Assembly (NCBI GenBank): GCA_038087875.1
Contig: CM075994.1
Coordinates: 4,404,001 to 4,468,000 of the forward strand
DNA from: Malacoraja senta
Taxonomy: Eukaryota
Direction: 5' to 3'
DNA length: 64,000 bases
Part shown: positions 63,380 through 64,000 of the stretch, piece by piece
How the letters are laid out: every line of letters begins with the position of its first letter
Numbering within the stretch: position 1 is the stretch's first letter
Notes under the pieces: model-generated
Told to the model about the DNA's origin: nothing
What the model saw: the letters and a program-made list of their open reading frames with translations, nothing else
Database searches by the model: none
Program-made: the position numbers and the translations under genes

Positions 63380-64000
63380 TGCGGGGTGAGTGAGATCGGG
63401 GGGTGGGCGAGAGTGGGCACGTGAACCCGAGGCCTGGTCGAGGCGAGTAGGCCGCTGGTGTCACGGCGACGGCAGCCACCGGGCCTGGGGCCTTGGGGAC
63501 GGAGCCTCGCTTCAACCCCCGGCCTCCAGTGCGGCGGTCCCCGATCCCTTCGCTCCTCGTTCCCCGCTCTCTCCCCGCTTCCCGGGACCCACCTGCTCCA
63601 CTCGGGCTCCGCCGCCGAAAGGACCCGCTCCGGGTTGCACCGAGATCAAAACGCAGGGCTCCACATCCGGGCCGCTGACCAGCCCGCGAGTGCTGGCACG
63701 GAGCCTGCGCAGTGCGGGGAAATCGTCCTCCGGGCCGCCATCTTTGTCAGGGGCGGCGGGCACGGGGCATGCGCGGTGCAGGGGAGTCGTTCTCAACGCC
63801 ATCTTTGTCACTGGCGGCGGGCACCGAGCATGCGCGGTGCAGGGGAGTCGGACTCGACATGTTTCTTCCAGGCACTTCGCGCCTCGCGCATGCGGCCGGT
63901 GAGTCGTCGGCGGCGGCGCCATCTTTCAACAAGGCGCATTCACTCGACACCGGCGCCATCTTGCATCAAGGCGCACTCACTCGGCACCGGCGCCAACGTT
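63380..64000 (-). promoter_or_regulatory. CpG island at the RPS5 5' end (intron 1/exon 1) with repeated YY1 and NRF1-like motifs
   Basis: very high GC/CpG; CGCCATCTT at ~63736, 63797, 63917, 63954; GCATGCGC/GCGCATGCG motifs; possible donor GTGAGT (- strand) at 63975-63980. Confidence 0.7.

Noticed and set aside
63390..63959. GC-rich ORFs at the window end
   Set aside because: Expected stop-poor frames in a CpG island; no recognisable protein.

Overview
Repeat-dense vertebrate genomic DNA. The repeat landscape (HE1-like tRNA-SINEs, CR1, L2, Rex1-type LINEs, Penelope-like elements) suggests a cartilaginous fish, probably a skate or ray; this is inference. There are two 200-N gaps. Three genes can be reconstructed by hand. 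(1) The 3' part of a + strand gene that the ORF track does not resolve (115-21076). It is built from 15 symmetric phase-1 micro-exons of exactly 36 or 27 nt plus a short putative terminal exon, and splices into a stop-free ~160-aa heptad coiled coil. This resembles the cytoplasmic tail of BG/butyrophilin-family proteins, with no B30.2 exon visible. (2) nurim (NRM), 4 exons, + strand, 22919-38863, 282 aa. (3) 40S ribosomal protein S5 (RPS5), 5 coding exons, - strand, 49893-60760, 203 aa, with a CpG island at the right end of the window. The most abundant short repeat is a Penelope pseudo-LTR carrying a minimal type-I hammerhead ribozyme motif. Other points: a duplicated decoy splice acceptor in RPS5, a near full-length Rex1-type LINE flanked by a ~165-bp duplication, a minisatellite apparently derived from the Penelope repeat, a THAP-remnant foldback element at the NRM promoter, and a hairpin-rich unique segment in RPS5 intron 5. 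Most listed ORFs are TE- or microsatellite-derived.
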